NCBI RefSeq assembly: GCF_046119375.1
Contig: NW_027362960.1
Location: 930,001 to 994,000, forward strand
Length of the DNA: 64,000 nt
Reading direction: 5' to 3'
Origin: Phyllobates terribilis
Taxonomy: Eukaryota
Numbering within the stretch: position 1 is the stretch's first letter; the number at the start of each line of letters is the position of its first letter. Positions 35,150 through 48,865 of this stretch are shown here, in pieces. A program made the translations under genes and the position numbers. The notes beneath the pieces were generated by a model. That model searched no databases, was not told the DNA's origin, and worked only from the letters and a program-made list of their open reading frames with translations.

Positions 35150-36192
35150 CACAGATCTACCTCTCTGTACTCAATATCAACTCCTTACTAACCAGAATAC
35201 CACAATGTCTGTCTGCTATTTCATCTTTCTTCTCTGCTAGATTCCTAAAACTTAATATGGATAAAACCAAATTCATCATATTTCCACCATCTCACTCAAC
35301 CCCTCTCCTGACCTATCTATCAAAGTCAATGGCCACCCACTCTCCCCACTCTCCCCAGTCTCGCTGCCTCTGGGTAGCACTTGACTCTAATCTCTCCTTC
35401 AAACCTCATATCCAAGGCCTTTCCACTTCATGCCGACTCCAATTCAAAAATATTTCCCGGATCCGCACATTCCTCAACCATGAATCTGCAAAAACACTAG
35501 TGCGTGCCTTCATCATCTCTCTCCTCGACTACTGCAACCTCCTGCTCTGTGGTCTCTCTTCTAACACTCTCGCACCCCTGCAATCTATCCTAAACCCTGC
35601 TGCCCAACTAATGCACCTGTCCCCCCGCTATTCTCCTGTCTCTTCCCGCTGCCAATCCCTGCACTGGCTCCCCATTGCCCAGAGACTCAAGTTCAAGACC
35701 CTAACCTTGGCATACAAAACCATCCATAGCCTGTCTCCTCTATATATCTATGATCTAGTCTCCCGGTACCTACTTGCATGCAACCTTCGATCCTCACAGG
35801 ACCACCTTCTCTACTCTGCTCCTTTCTCCTCTTCCCACAATTGCATACAAGATTTCTCCCATGCATCCCCCCTACTCTGGAACTCTCTACTCCAACACGA
35901 CAGACTCGCGCCTACCGTGGAAACCTTCAAAAGGAACCTGAAGACCGACCTCTTCCGACAAGCCTACAACCTGCAGTAACCATCACTGCATGACCAGCTG
36001 TACCCTCACCTACGGTATCCTCACCCCCCCTTCTACACTGTGAGCCCTCACGGGCAGTGTCCTCTCGCCTCCTGTGCCAGTCGGTGACTTGTTTTTGTTT
36101 AAACTATTGTGCTTGTTTTCTGCTATGTATACCCCTTTTTCACATGTAAAGCGCCATGGAATTAATGGCGCTATATTAATTAATAATAATAA
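35150..36192 (+). mobile_element. 5'-truncated L2-clade LINE
   Basis: LDSNLSFKPHI...LKNISRIR-like...LLDYCNLLLCGL...LHWLPI (L2/CR1 ORF2 C-terminus) and a 3' (TAA)n tail. Confidence 0.85.
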
Positions 36193-36674
36193 CCAAGAAG
36201 ACTAAAACTGTACAAAGTGTACATATGTGGCAAGATAGGGAGCCAGTTGAAGCTCCGTGTTTTCTGGACAAGCCTGAAGCAGATGTTGAAAGAGTCATAA
36301 TAGCAAAGATGCCGTTGAAAGCTCAAAAATAGCAGTGTGGGAGTTGTTGCAGCAGAACAGGGACCTGTTCTTAGATTTGCTATTTTGTACAAAGGTCATA
36401 GAACGTGAGGTTCTGATTTAATCCCATGTGCGGGTGAACTTGAAGCCCTATCTAATTCCTGAGGCCTGGCGAGAGCTATTCTCCAAGGAATCTCTGAGTA
36501 TTTGAGGAATCAGAGAGGGTGGTGTAGCCCTATTGTCCTGGTTCCAAAACCTGATGGCGAATGGAGGTTCTGTAACGATTATAGGAAGCTGAATGAAGTC
36601 CAAGTTCAACGCATATCAGATGCCGTGTGTCGATGACCTGATCGCGAGACGTGGGCTGGCAAAGTATATAACTT

Positions 36675-38033
36675 TGTGACCCACTACTACTCAGGTAGCG
36701 TTAGCCCTCCCTGGGAAAGGTGTACTCGGACTGCGGGCCGGTGGTAGAGGGGGATGCAGTGGTGGCCTTGGCTCAGTCCGTGGCCAGGGCGCACACATTA
36801 AAAATATGGGGTAGTGGATGAGTGGTTATTTGTCGGCTACGCCACCTGTGGTTTCTGCTGAGGACCACCAGCGCTGCGCCAGTCCTCTGAGGCCGGTGTT
36901 CTAGCAGCTTGGGATGGAATAGCTCCCCGCAGGTGGAGCCAGGCCTCAGGGCAGAGTAGAAGAAGTGCAGTGCAGAGGAATGGTGGGTGCGGTGCCGCGC
37001 AGAAATGAGAGAGAAGAGGCGGTGTATGAAGTCATCCAGGTTTTACTCACGGTAGACTTGTTTTCAGCCACAAAGCTTCTCTTTGTTCCTCACGGCGCGC
37101 TGCGGCCACCAGGATGGGGTTCAGCTCACTCCGGGTAGCTCGGGTGCACCAGACAAAACCCCTCCACCAGTGTGTTCCTCTCACTTGCTGTACTAGAACC
37201 GCCTCGTGCCCCTACTAAGTCCCGTACGGGTACCGCAATGTCCGCTGAAGGTGGCTTGTAGCCCCCGGACCGCCTAGGTCCCTTATTGGTGACTGGGGTG
37301 TAAACGTAGCATAAGGCTGGGGTCCCTCTGGATAGACGCAGATTAAGGGGATACAGGTGGCGACTCCGCTCCATCCATATTCCCCCTGGGATCCACTTCA
37401 GCCTTCGGACTTTTCTGACAGAGACTTGGAGTACAAAGTCAGATAATCGGGGACCGGTACCCCCTCTTGCGGCAGAAGTCTCTCTGGCGGGGCCAGAATA
37501 AGGGTAGCAGGTGGCAACTCTGCTCCGTCCACATCCCCTGAGATCCTTTCGCCTGTGGAGCTCTTCTCCTCTGCTCCCCTCCTAGGCCTTCTGGTGTGGA
37601 CTAAGACATAGGACACAGCCAGCTGTAACTCAACTCTGCCCAAGCCCCCAATCTCAAGGCCTGAGACCGGGAATCACAGCCTCCTGAGGCAGCTGCAGCT
37701 TGTACTAACTGTCACCTCCAGGGAACTGCGACAAAAGACCCGGTATTAAAGATGGCATCCATATTTATATGGATGTATTAGTATAACCGTAAAGTGCTTC
37801 ATCCACCCTACTCACTACAAGGTTCCCCCTACTTTTGGTCCCGCCCTTACTCCTCCATTCAGGACTGGGGTACCACATTGTGCTCTAAACCCCCTTCAGA
37901 ATGGGAGTGTGTAGTGTTGGATGTGTGGTGGGGCCCTGTGTGGTGCTCCATCCTTACCTCGGAGAGGAGATACCACACCTCGTTCCATGAAGTGCAGTAC
38001 CTCTGTGGCGACTGAACTCTCAGGGGCGCCACA
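36675..38033. mobile_element. Solo LTR inserted in the Gypsy RT
   Basis: TG...CA bounds; TAAC at 36669-36672 (followed by 2 extra T) and 38034-38037; excision rejoins the RT KYITTLDLTK motif. Confidence 0.8.
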
Positions 38034-39292
38034 TAACCACCTTGGATTTAACTAAGAAATATTGGCAAATCCCTATGTCACAAGAAGCCAAGGAGAAGAC
38101 TGCCTTCTCTATGCCCAACGGATGTTTCCAATATGTCCGGATGCTGTTTTGTCTGCAGGGAGCCCTGGCCACCTTCCAGAGTGCCATGGGCTGGATCCTC
38201 GCAATCCGTAAGAATTACACTGCATCATACTTTATATATCGTAATCTTCAGCCCAGATTGGAGATGTCACCTGCAAAAGGTCCGGTCGGTGTTTGATCCT
38301 CTCAGGAAGGCAGGGTTTTCTATAAATCTGAAAACATTTTGCCATGGGAAATAAAGAGGCCAAATAACTAGGATATGTAGTAGGTAGAGGCGAGATCAAA
38401 CCCCAGATCAGTAAAGTAGATGCAATCCAAAACTGGCCAAGACCACACTTAAAGAAGCAAGTTAGAGCCTTTCTGAAAATGAAAATAACAGACAGCAGTC
38501 ATGTAATGTGTGGTCTCTAAGTAAAGGTAGTGTGACGGGAGCTAGTTACCCCATCCGCAGATGTCCAATCTTCTTCTGCCGGCCCCTGACATGGAAAGGC
38601 TTTTCTTACACTGGGATATATAAAATATGACTATCGCAGTGTGTCTCCAAGATGGACTAAAACTTTTATTCTTACAAGCAGGTTTTATAGAGAATCACAC
38701 AGGCTATTTTTATCACCCATTGTTCTCACCAGATAATACCCACAGTAGGCTCCCAGACAGCAGTTAGGCAACAACCCATTAATCAGCACATTGTCTGTTT
38801 GCCCCTGCTAAGTGAGCACAGGAAGGTGGGGGCCAGGAGTGCTTTGGTCACATCACAAAATGTCCAACAATATGTGATCCACAATATTCGCCCCACTTTG
38901 TAACATTATGTCCCATTAGCTGCATAGGCGCTACGACAACCCCCATGTGGCAAAATCTTGGAGTACGGGGTTGATCCATCACAGGTAAATTTGCAATAAA
39001 AAAGATGGCATCACTTGCTAACTTCTGCGATCAACCAGTGAGGAGTTATCGCAGAAAATTAGAGATTGAATAAAACCAAGAAGGGTGGAGACCAGCCCAC
39101 GTGAGGTCATCACAAGGGAGTGTGTGGGCAGCGCCCCCGTCGGCATAAAAGATCAGGCCGAATATTGATCTATACTCATGCTGGGTTATACATATTTGTG
39201 TAAGCGGGGGTCCTGTTCCATAACGGTTCGTTTGAGTGCTTCCCTCCAGCTAAACTGAATCGTCTCTGCGATCGGTCTAGTAAGTCCTTCTA

Positions 39293-42200
39293 TTAATCCC
39301 TTTTTATTTTGTGTAACTGTATATGCTGTATTAAACATGAACCCTGGGTGAAACATTTCCTACATTCTGAACATGAATATGGCTTCTCTCCTGTATGACT
39401 TCTGTAATGTTTAAGCAAATCTGACTTATTGCTGAAACATTTCACACATTCTGAACATGAAAATGGCTTTTCTCCTGTCTGACTTTTTTGATGCATAAGC
39501 AATTTAGATTTATGTTCAAAACATTTCCCACATTCTTGACATGAATATGGCTTTTCTCCAGTGTGAATTCTTTGATGTTTATGAAGATCTGGTTTCTGGA
39601 TAAAACATTTCCCACATTCTGAACATGAATATGGCTTCTCTCCTATGTGAAATTGTTGATGTTTATGAAGATCTCGTTTCTGGATAAAACATTTCCCACA
39701 TTCTGAACATGAATATGGCTTCTCTCCTGTATGACTTCTGTAATGTTTAAGCAAATATGACTTATCGCTGAAACATTTCCCACATTCTGAACATGAAAAC
39801 GGCTTTTCTCCTGTGTGACTTCTCTGATGTGTAAGCAATTTATATTTAGTTTTAAAACATTTCTCACATTCTGAACAGGAAAATGGTTTCTTTTCTGTGG
39901 GAATTATTTGATGTTCGACATCCCTTCTCTGGCTTTCATTTTGCTTAACAGTCTGTGATGAATCCAAGTAGATGACGGATTGAAAAGGCTCAGATGATTG
40001 ATTTCTGCTCTGAAGGGCTGGAGGTATAGCTGGAATAATGGCACGCTTTTCATAGGTATCTGGTTTGACACCACAGTCATCTGCCAAGAATAAATCTGAT
40101 TTTATTATTTTTTAATATCAATGCCTTATATTTTATAACATTTCTCTATACATAATTCTTTACAAATCAAAGTATAATGAAACTATGACCTATGACAGTG
40201 GTGAGCCACCTGTTCACAAATCCCATGGTACTCAACCCCTAATATACAATCGACAAACATAATACATACAGGCAGAAACGTTTGAGACAATAAAGGGAGG
40301 ATTAAAAATAAGGTTTATTACATTACAATCTACAGATAAAAATACACGCCAAAACATGTAAGATGGGGTATTCCCATCTCCGAGAAACTATCCCAATATG
40401 TAGTAGGTGTAATAAAAATAAGATTAGCAAATATCTCCAATTAGAAATGTATAGTTCTTCTGATTCGCTATGTTGCTTACCCCATGTTCAGGGCATTGCA
40501 AGTTAGTTGCTAGTGGTCATAACTATGGATACCTAAGCTACTGCAATGCTCTGCACATGGGGTAAGTGACAAAGAATCAGGAGAACTATACCACATTTCT
40601 AATTGGAGTCTGAATAAACGTCGACCTCATACATCGACAGGTACTCCGAGTGTCATGGGATCACCACGCTGACGTCCTTCTGCTGTAAGGGGATGGAGGG
40701 TCGCTACAAGGTGGCAGAGACCACATTCGTGACTGTGCCGCACACTGGAATGTTATTGTCGGGGGAGTTCCCGATTCGGACCTCGGCCCCCATCAGTCGC
40801 TCCAGACCACAGTCAATCCTGTTGGTTATGGCGACGCTGGATATCTTGTAGCTCTGGCCCAGGTCCAGCTTCCACCAGGGATCCTTCTCCAGGTTGGTGT
40901 GGGTGCAGAAGTCACTATTGAAGTCGGTGTCTTTGTTCCCATCGATGGCATTCTTAGCCAATATCCTCCTGGTGGCATACGGATAGTCCGACACCTGGGA
41001 GGCCACTCTGGTCCTTGCTATATTTGTGGCTCCAGGTGCAGGAGCACATCCCAGAGCCAGAACCACAGATCCCAGTAGAATCAGAGAAGATACAAGATTC
41101 ATCCTGCAGGAGATGTAAGTGAAGGTCCTGTGTAATCTCCACATCTGATAAATGCTGGTTCCCTGGTAACCAGTGACTATTCCCTGCAGTCTGTACTCAC
41201 AGGAGCTGCTCCTGCACAATCTGGATGAATCTTGTATCTTCTCTGATTCTACTGGGATCTGTGGTTCTGGCTCTGGGATTTGCTCCTGCACCTGCAGCCA
41301 CAAACATAGCAAGGACCAGAGTGGCCTCCCAGGTGTCGGACTATCCGTATGCCACCAGGAGCATATTGGCTAAGAATGCCATCGATGAGAACAAAGACAC
41401 CGACTTCAATAGTGACTTGTGCACCCACACCAACCTGGAGACTGATGGGGGCCGAGGTCCGAATTCGGAACTTCCCCGACAATAACAATCCGGTGTGCGG
41501 AACAGTCACGAATGTTATCTCTGCCACCTTGTGCTTCTGCTGTAAGGGGATGGGGGTCGGTACGTCAGCGTGGTGATCCCAGGACACTCGGAGTACATTT
41601 CTAATTGGAGGTATTTTCTATTATTATTATCACACCTACTATATTTTGGGATAGGATTTTGGAGATGGGAATACCCCTTCAAGGCTGTATGCTTAGGACT
41701 TATCCAGGACTCATTCAGATGCCTCATTCCATTGTTTTTTGTGATTACATTTATCCCTCTTAAATGGCTTTTTGTATTTTTATGTGTTTTCAACTCCGAT
41801 CTAATAAATTGTATTTTTAATCTCTATATTGTCTCACATTTCTCTATACACAGTCATGGTTGAAATAGTTGACGCCCTTAAAATTGTTCCAGAAAATGAA
41901 GTATTTCTCCTAGAACATTATTGCAATTACACCTGTTTTGTTATAGACACGTTTATTTCCTTTGTGTGTATTGTCACTGATCTTTTCTAGTGAAATGTTC
42001 AATGGAGAATCAAAACTGGACCTTGACCAGATTATTACCTGACCCTACTTCTAAACCCTTTTCTGATCTGCCTACATACTTCTTGGTGACCGCAGAATGG
42101 TTTGGCTTCTCACTTGACTGCCCTTCCGGGACGTGTACTGCTGCTAGATATTGACCTTGGCTTCTCCAGCTTAGAGTCCACCTGCCTGACTTCTGTGTGT

Positions 42201-43513
42201 GGCCCGGCTCTCTTCTTGACATTCAGCTGTAATCTGGCAACTCACAACTACATTACAATTGGAGACATGGCGCCTTTCTGCAGCAAATAAAATCCCATTT
42301 AACCAATGCAACTTTGCTACCAAAACGCGTTAATCAAAAAAGGTGTAAAAAAGAAAAGCTTTTTTTGTTATGCATCAAATCTATCTGCAAGTAAAATGCA
42401 CGTCAATTACTTGTGTGATCAAACTCATAATATAATGACCACAGGATCTGTGACTTCTCTGCATTTAGTGGTCATTACTCACCTGGGTGGTCATATGTAG
42501 GAGTCTCCTCTTTACACCGCTCATCACCCCTTCCCATATGTCTCTGTAGTATTAATATGGGTCAGATCTTCACCCTGAAACAAATATTGTAAAAGTCACA
42601 GACAGATGGAGAAGTCCCATCTATGATCAGCTCTAATCCTGCCATCTCCACCATTCTACACAAGTAGAAAACATATAATACTGGTGGATAAAACAAGACT
42701 GAACACAAGACTTTCACAGCCGTCTACACATCATAGGGGAGATCTCATGACACCTTCTCTCCATCTACCTGATGATCCTGAGGAACATTGGGATCTTCTT
42801 GTTTACAGTCCTGTGGAAGAAGAGGACGGGGACATCTCTCTGGTGTTGTCCTCTTACTGGATAGATCTGGAGGAAACACATACAGGGACTGAATTCATTC
42901 TTTACATACAGATAATTATAGGCCGTGTGAATTCAGTCCTGTCTATTACCTGGTGATGTGAGGGGCTGGGGAACCTCCATCATGATGTCCTTGTACAGAT
43001 CTTTGTGTCCTTCTAAATACTCCCACTCCTCCATGGAGAAATAGACAGCGACATCCTGACACCTTAGAGGAACCTGACACATACAATGATACCGTCATCC
43101 CCCAGATCCCTTCATAGCGTTACTGTATAATGTCCCAGCAGTGTCACCTCTCCAGTCAGCAGCTCAATCATCTTGTAGGCGAGTTCTAGGATCTTTTGGT
43201 CATTGATGTCCTCATGTATTAGGGGGTGAGACGGAGGCCTTGTGATTGGGCTCAGGGGTGTCACCCATCCCTCAGACACAGGGTTCTGACAGCGCTCACT
43301 AGAGGTCTTCTTCACTACTATGTAATCCTGGTTATGGAGAGACACATTAATAAATCTCACTACAGACATTTCCAGAGTCCTCACCTCTCCAGTTCTGTCC
43401 ATCTGTTTTTCCCATAGATAAGAATGATGTAATGTGACGTCATCAGAATCTCTCACCTCTCCAGTAAGCCGGAAGAGGATCTCTAGGGTGAGGTGGAATA
43501 TCCTCTCCGCCAT
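39293..43513 (-). pseudogene. ZNF-B: paralog with 7 fingers and a +1 frameshift in exon 5
   Basis: Exons 43513-43457, 43327-43148, 43073-42950, 42866-42769, 42574-42483 (92 nt vs 91 in ZNF-A) and 40080-39293. The frame reads TAT GGG AAG GGG TGA, predicting a 169-aa finger-less product. Confidence 0.82.
40609..41594. pseudogene. Head-to-head inverted pair of fucolectin pseudogene copies
   Basis: Minus copy ATG at 41102 and plus copy ATG at 41225, with a 122-bp spacer; 16-bp flanking duplication at 40593-40608 and 41595-41610. Confidence 0.9.
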
Positions 43514-44311
43514 CTTGTCTCGCTCCCTATCAACCTTTGACAGGAAACTTCTCTTATATAGAAGATCTTCACTGAGAGGATCCGATATTGTAGAGACCTG
43601 AATGAGAAGAAGATGAGAAGATGTAACGTCACCAATAATTCTATGTAATAATACAATCACTGATTCCGGTATAAAGCAGTAATCTGTGGATCTGATCCTG
43701 GATGATGCCGGAAGAAGAAGTGGATTTTTATGGCGGCCATTAATGAGCTTCGCTTTGAGGACCGGAGGAGGTTTGGCCTGAACGCTGCACTCGTGGTGTG
43801 AACACGGACATAGTAGATTATTTAGGGATATTTTCTTGTCCTGCCCTAAACTTGCTTATTCAAGTGAATAGGTCCACGAAAAAGAACAGCCTGTCCACGG
43901 ATGATATCTGTGTGTTAAAGAGTTTATCCAGGACTATATTATTTTTATAACTATGGGCAGAAGAAGTAAAAGGCAGATAGTTCCTAACTGCCTGCCTGCC
44001 CTGCCTCAATGTCTGCGGGAACAGAGCGGTGACGGACTGCTCCTGCCAGTGACTCTGCGGCTTCTAATGAGTCACGTAGACGGAGCAGCGGCTTCTCTTT
44101 GGCTCTGCTTTCTTGATGGGACGTGACTGACGACATCACACTGATTGTCAGCTGCCTCCCTGCTGCCTTCCTGCCAGCAGCCAGCGGTCAATCAGAGGGA
44201 TGATTTATTTCACCATGCAAAAAAAACAGACACAAAATAGACGCATAGTGTGAATAATGGCAAATTCTGAGAGACAATAATGGGGAATCTCCACATACCT
44301 CCACCTGCAGA

Positions 44312-47300
44312 CAGGGCCGCCATCAGGGCATCACTGCCCTTACTGCTGTTTGGGGCCCCGTGAGCAGCAGTACAGAGAGGGGCCGGGTCTAGTCAGGGCC
44401 CCTCTCTTGTGCGTATGCTCACGGCGCTCCATGCACGGCACTCCATGCTGTAATAAAGTGCCGAGCACTGGGGCGCACACCGCCTTAGACGGCGCACATA
44501 TTGGCACCGAGTTCCTTACTGAAGCTGCGCCGCTGCAGCAGCTCCTTCATACTTCAGGAGTCAGGAGGACCCGTGGCGGCGTGCATCTCCTCGTCGCAAC
44601 AGGAGCGCCAGGATGCTGCAGGGATCGTATGTGGGGTAAGTATGACAATTTTATTTTTTAAAAAAAAATTAAATGGAGTGGGGGGAGGATGAGCTGCACA
44701 TGATGGGGAATTGGGAGTGGAGGGAGGATGAGCTGCACATGGTGGGGAATTTGGAGTGGGAGGAGGATGAGCTGCACATGGGGAATTGACAGTGGGGGAG
44801 GATGAACTGCACATGGGGAATTAGCAGTGGGGGAGGATGAGCTGCACATCATGGGGAATTTGGAGTGGGAGGAGGATGAACTGCACATGGGGAATTAGCA
44901 GTGGGGGAGGATGAGCTGCACATGGGGAATTAGCAGTGGGGGGAGGATGAGCTGCACGTGATGGGGAATTGGGAGGGGGGAGAGGATGAGCTGCACATGA
45001 TGTGGAATTTGGAGTGGGAGGAGGATGAGCTGCACATGGGGAATTGGCAGTGGGGGAGGATGAGCTGCACATGTGGAATTATCAGTGGGGGAGGATGAGC
45101 TGCACGTGATGGGGAATTGGGAGTGGGGAGAGGATGAGCTGCACATGATGGGGAATTTGGAGTGGGGGAGGATGAGCTGCACATGGGGAATTAGCAGTGG
45201 GGGAGGATGAGCTGCACATGGGGAATTGGCAGTGGGGGAGGATGAGCTGCACATGGGGAATTATCAGTGGGGGAGGATGAGCTGCACATGGGGAATTGGC
45301 AGTGGGGGAGGATGAGCTGCACATGGGGAATTAGCAGTGTGGGTAGGATGAGCTGCACGTGATGGGGAATTGGCAGTAGGGGAGGATGAGCTGCACGTGA
45401 TGGGGAATTGCCAGTGGGGGGTGGATGAGCTGCACATAATGATGAGTTGGAAGTGGGGGGAATGTTGGGAGTGGTGAGGAGAATGAACTGCACATGGGGA
45501 ATTGGCAGTGGGGGGGGGGTGAGCTGCACATGGGGAATTGGGAGTGGAGGGGTGAGCTGCACATGGAGGATTGAGAGTGGGGGGAGGATGAGCGCATGGT
45601 GGATTGGGAGTGGTGGGTGGGAAGAGCGAACGGTGAATTAGGGGTGGGGAGAGCAAATGGTGGATTGAAAAATGGGAGTGGGGAAAGCACATGATGAATT
45701 GGGAGTGGGGTGGGGAAAGCAAATGGTGAATGGGGGATGAGGGAGAGTAAATGATGAATAGAGGGTGGGGGTGGGGAGAGCAGGAAATAATGAATTGGGG
45801 CAGAGGGTGCATGTAAATATAATGAATTGGGGAGCAGGAGGTACAGAGTGGGGGGCGTTGCGGATGCAGGAGTGTGACTGGTAATAAATTCTGGGAAAGA
45901 GTACAGGCTCTAATTAATTTACATATTTATTAGGTGGGGAAAGTGGCTATTTACAGTTATTTGGGGCGCAGGGATGGATTACAATTATGTTTGGAATGGT
46001 GGGTTGCATAATGACTAATTATATATTAATGGTGGGTGCACGTCTGTATTCAGCTGTGTAATGTAGAAGTTGGGGAATATGCTCTACATAACTGTGTTAT
46101 TTTATTCAAAGACAAGTCCTGGCTGGAAGAAGTGATGGTGATCTGTGCTGGATGAAGGAGAAAAGTGAAGATGAAGGACTTCAACTAGAGACGTCACTGG
46201 TGAGTCAGTGTATTACATGTACAATGACACTATATACTATGTACAGGGCTCTTGTGTATAATGTCACTGGTGATCCTTGTATTACCTGTAAACTGACACT
46301 ATATACAGAGCTCCTGTGTATAATGTCACTGGTGATCACTGTATTACCTGTACACTGACACTATATACAGAGCTCCAGTGTATAATGTCACTGATGATCA
46401 CTATATTACCTGTATACTTACATTATACACTGTATACCATGTACAGAGCTCCGGTGTATAATGGCACTTATGGTAATATTAGTATTATGTTTTTTTTATT
46501 AATGATCAGTATTGTAGTATTCGGTGACAATGTGGTGGTAATATGTGGTCTGGTCATGGTGTGGCATTTTTTGTCCCTTCTGTGTGGTATTATTCGGTCA
46601 CTATGTGGTGGTAATATGTGGTCTGGTCATGGTGCAGTGGTATTCCTTGTATGTGGTATTATTCGGTTACTATGTGGTGGTAATATGTGGTCCGGTCATG
46701 GTGTGGTGGTATTTGATCCTTGTATGTGGTATTATTGGTCATTTTAAAAAATGTGTATGACACATTCCCTTAAAGAAAAATAAATAAAAATATACCTAAA
46801 AAGAGTATTGGGTACTTTAAGAAATTTTAATAGGTTAGAATAGAGTAGGGCTCGGCCAGAAGAGTCTACCTTATCGTGGTGGTGGTTTTAAAAATCTTTT
46901 AGCCAAAACAAAAGCTGCTGGCTATGTACAGTGGGGAAAAAAGACTATTTAGTCAGCCACCAATTGTGCAAGTTCTTCCACTTAAAAATATGAGAGAGGC
47001 CTGTAATTCACATCACAGTTAGATCTCAACTATGAGAGACAAATTGAGAAAACAAATCCTAAAAATCACATTCTCTGATTTGGAAAGAATTTTTTTTTCA
47101 AATTTTGGTAGAAAATAAGTATTTGGTCAATTACAAACAAGCAAGATTTCTGTCTCTCACAGACCTGTAACTTCTTCTTTAAGAGGCTCCTCTGTTCTCC
47201 ACTCATTATCTGTAGTACTGGCACCTGTTTGAACTTGTTATCAGTATAAAAGACACCAGTCCGCAACCTCAAACAGTCACACTCCAAACTCCACTATGGT

Positions 47301-48648
47301 GAAGACCAAAGCAGCTTGGTGTAAAGAAATCAACTGTGGGAGCAATAATTAGAAAATGGAAGACATACAAGAACCACTGATAATCTCCCACGATCTGGGG
47401 CTCCACACAAGATCTCACCTCGTGGGATCAAAATGATCTCAAGAACGGTGAGCAAAAATCCCAGAACCACACAGGGGGAGGCCTAGTGAATAACCTGCAG
47501 AGAGCTACGACCAACATTACACAGGCTACCATCAGTAACACACTACGCCGCCAGGAACTCAGATCCTGCAGTGCCAGACGGTTCCCCCTGCTTAAGTCGT
47601 TATATGTTCTGGCCCGTCTGAAGTTTGCTAGAGAGCATTTGGATGATCCAGAAGAGTATTGGGAGAATGTTATATGGTCAGATGAAACCAAAGTTGAACT
47701 GTTTGGTTAGAAACACAACTCGTCGTGCTTGGAGGAGAAAGAATGCTGAGTTGCATCCAAAGAACACCATACCTACTGTGAAGCATGGGGGTAGCAACAT
47801 CATGCTTTGGGGCTGTTTCTCTGCCAAGGGACCAGGACGACTGAGCCGTGTACATGAAAGAATGGATGGGGCCATGTATCGTGAGATTTTGAGTGCAAAC
47901 CTCCTTCCATCAGCAAGGGCAATGAAGATGAAACGTGGCTGGGTCTTTCAGCATGACAATGATCCCACCGCCAGGGCAACAAAGGAGTGGCTTCGTAAGA
48001 AGAATTTCAAGGTCCTGGAGTGGCCTAGCCAGTCTCCAGATCTAAACCCTGTAGAAAACCTTTGGAGGGAGTTGAGAGTCCGTGTTGCCCAGCGACAGAC
48101 CCCAAAATATCACTGCTCTAGAGGAGATCTGCATGGAGGAATGGCCCAACATACCAGCAACAGTGTGTGCCAACCTTGTCAAGACTTACAGAAAACGTTT
48201 CACCTCTGTCATTGCCAACAAAGGATAAATAACAAAGTATTGAGATGAACTTTTGTAATTGACCAAATACTTATTTTCCACCAAAATTTGCAAAAAAATT
48301 TCTTTACAAATCAGACAATGTGACTTTCAGGATTTGTTTTCTCATTTTGTCTCTCATAGTCGAGGTCGACCTATGATGTCAATTACAGGTCGACCTCATC
48401 TTTGTAAGTGGGAGAACTTGCACAATTGGTGGCTGACTAAATACTTTTTCCCCCACGTTATGTGATCTGGTGATCACTGGGAACTGTTGTGAGATTGTTG
48501 AGGACGGGGTGTAGAAGTGGAGTTTTTCCAAGAGTAGGCGGTGGGACTGTAGAAGGTTCGAGGGATGGAGGTGGAGCCTGGGCAGAGTCTCAAGGGGGCC
48601 TGAAAATTTTGACAGTATGGGGCCCCAAAATTCCTGGTGGCAGCCCTG
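44312..48648. mobile_element. Duplicate of the composite hAT-like element
   Basis: Same TIRs and flanks as 13617-18226; the G-rich minisatellite (44678-45570) is shorter. Confidence 0.75.
46929..48458 (+). mobile_element. Tc1 transposon, duplicate, defective
   Basis: Same TIRs and the same stop/frameshift as 16506-18033. Confidence 0.93.
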
Positions 48649-48699
48649 ACTGCAGAGCTGCCACCACATACCTCCAACTGCAGAGCCGCCACCACATAT

Positions 48700-48865
48700 A
48701 TAGCTGCTCTGTGCGCATAGGAGCTGTGATGAGGTCACAGGAGGGGAGGAGTCAGGGGTCACATGATCAGGGGCCTCAGTGGATGCAGGACTCTGCTGTG
48801 CTGGTTGTCATGGTGCTGGATGAGCTGAAGTTTATGTGTGGGGTCAGGAGGGGTTTACAGTGTGG
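48700..48865 (-). promoter_or_regulatory. Putative ZNF-B promoter block
   Basis: Duplicate of 18330-18500. Confidence 0.5.

Larger units (their letters stand above)
32590..38480 (+). mobile_element. Second Gmr1-like Gypsy element (decayed), order gag/SCAN-PR-IN-RT, interrupted by an L2 and a solo LTR
   Basis: MFDLLNHVQKWLQ (SCAN-like); PLVPLPIIEVPFERIAMD and ILTDQG (integrase); RT at 36400-36670 continuing at 38034. Confidence 0.85.
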
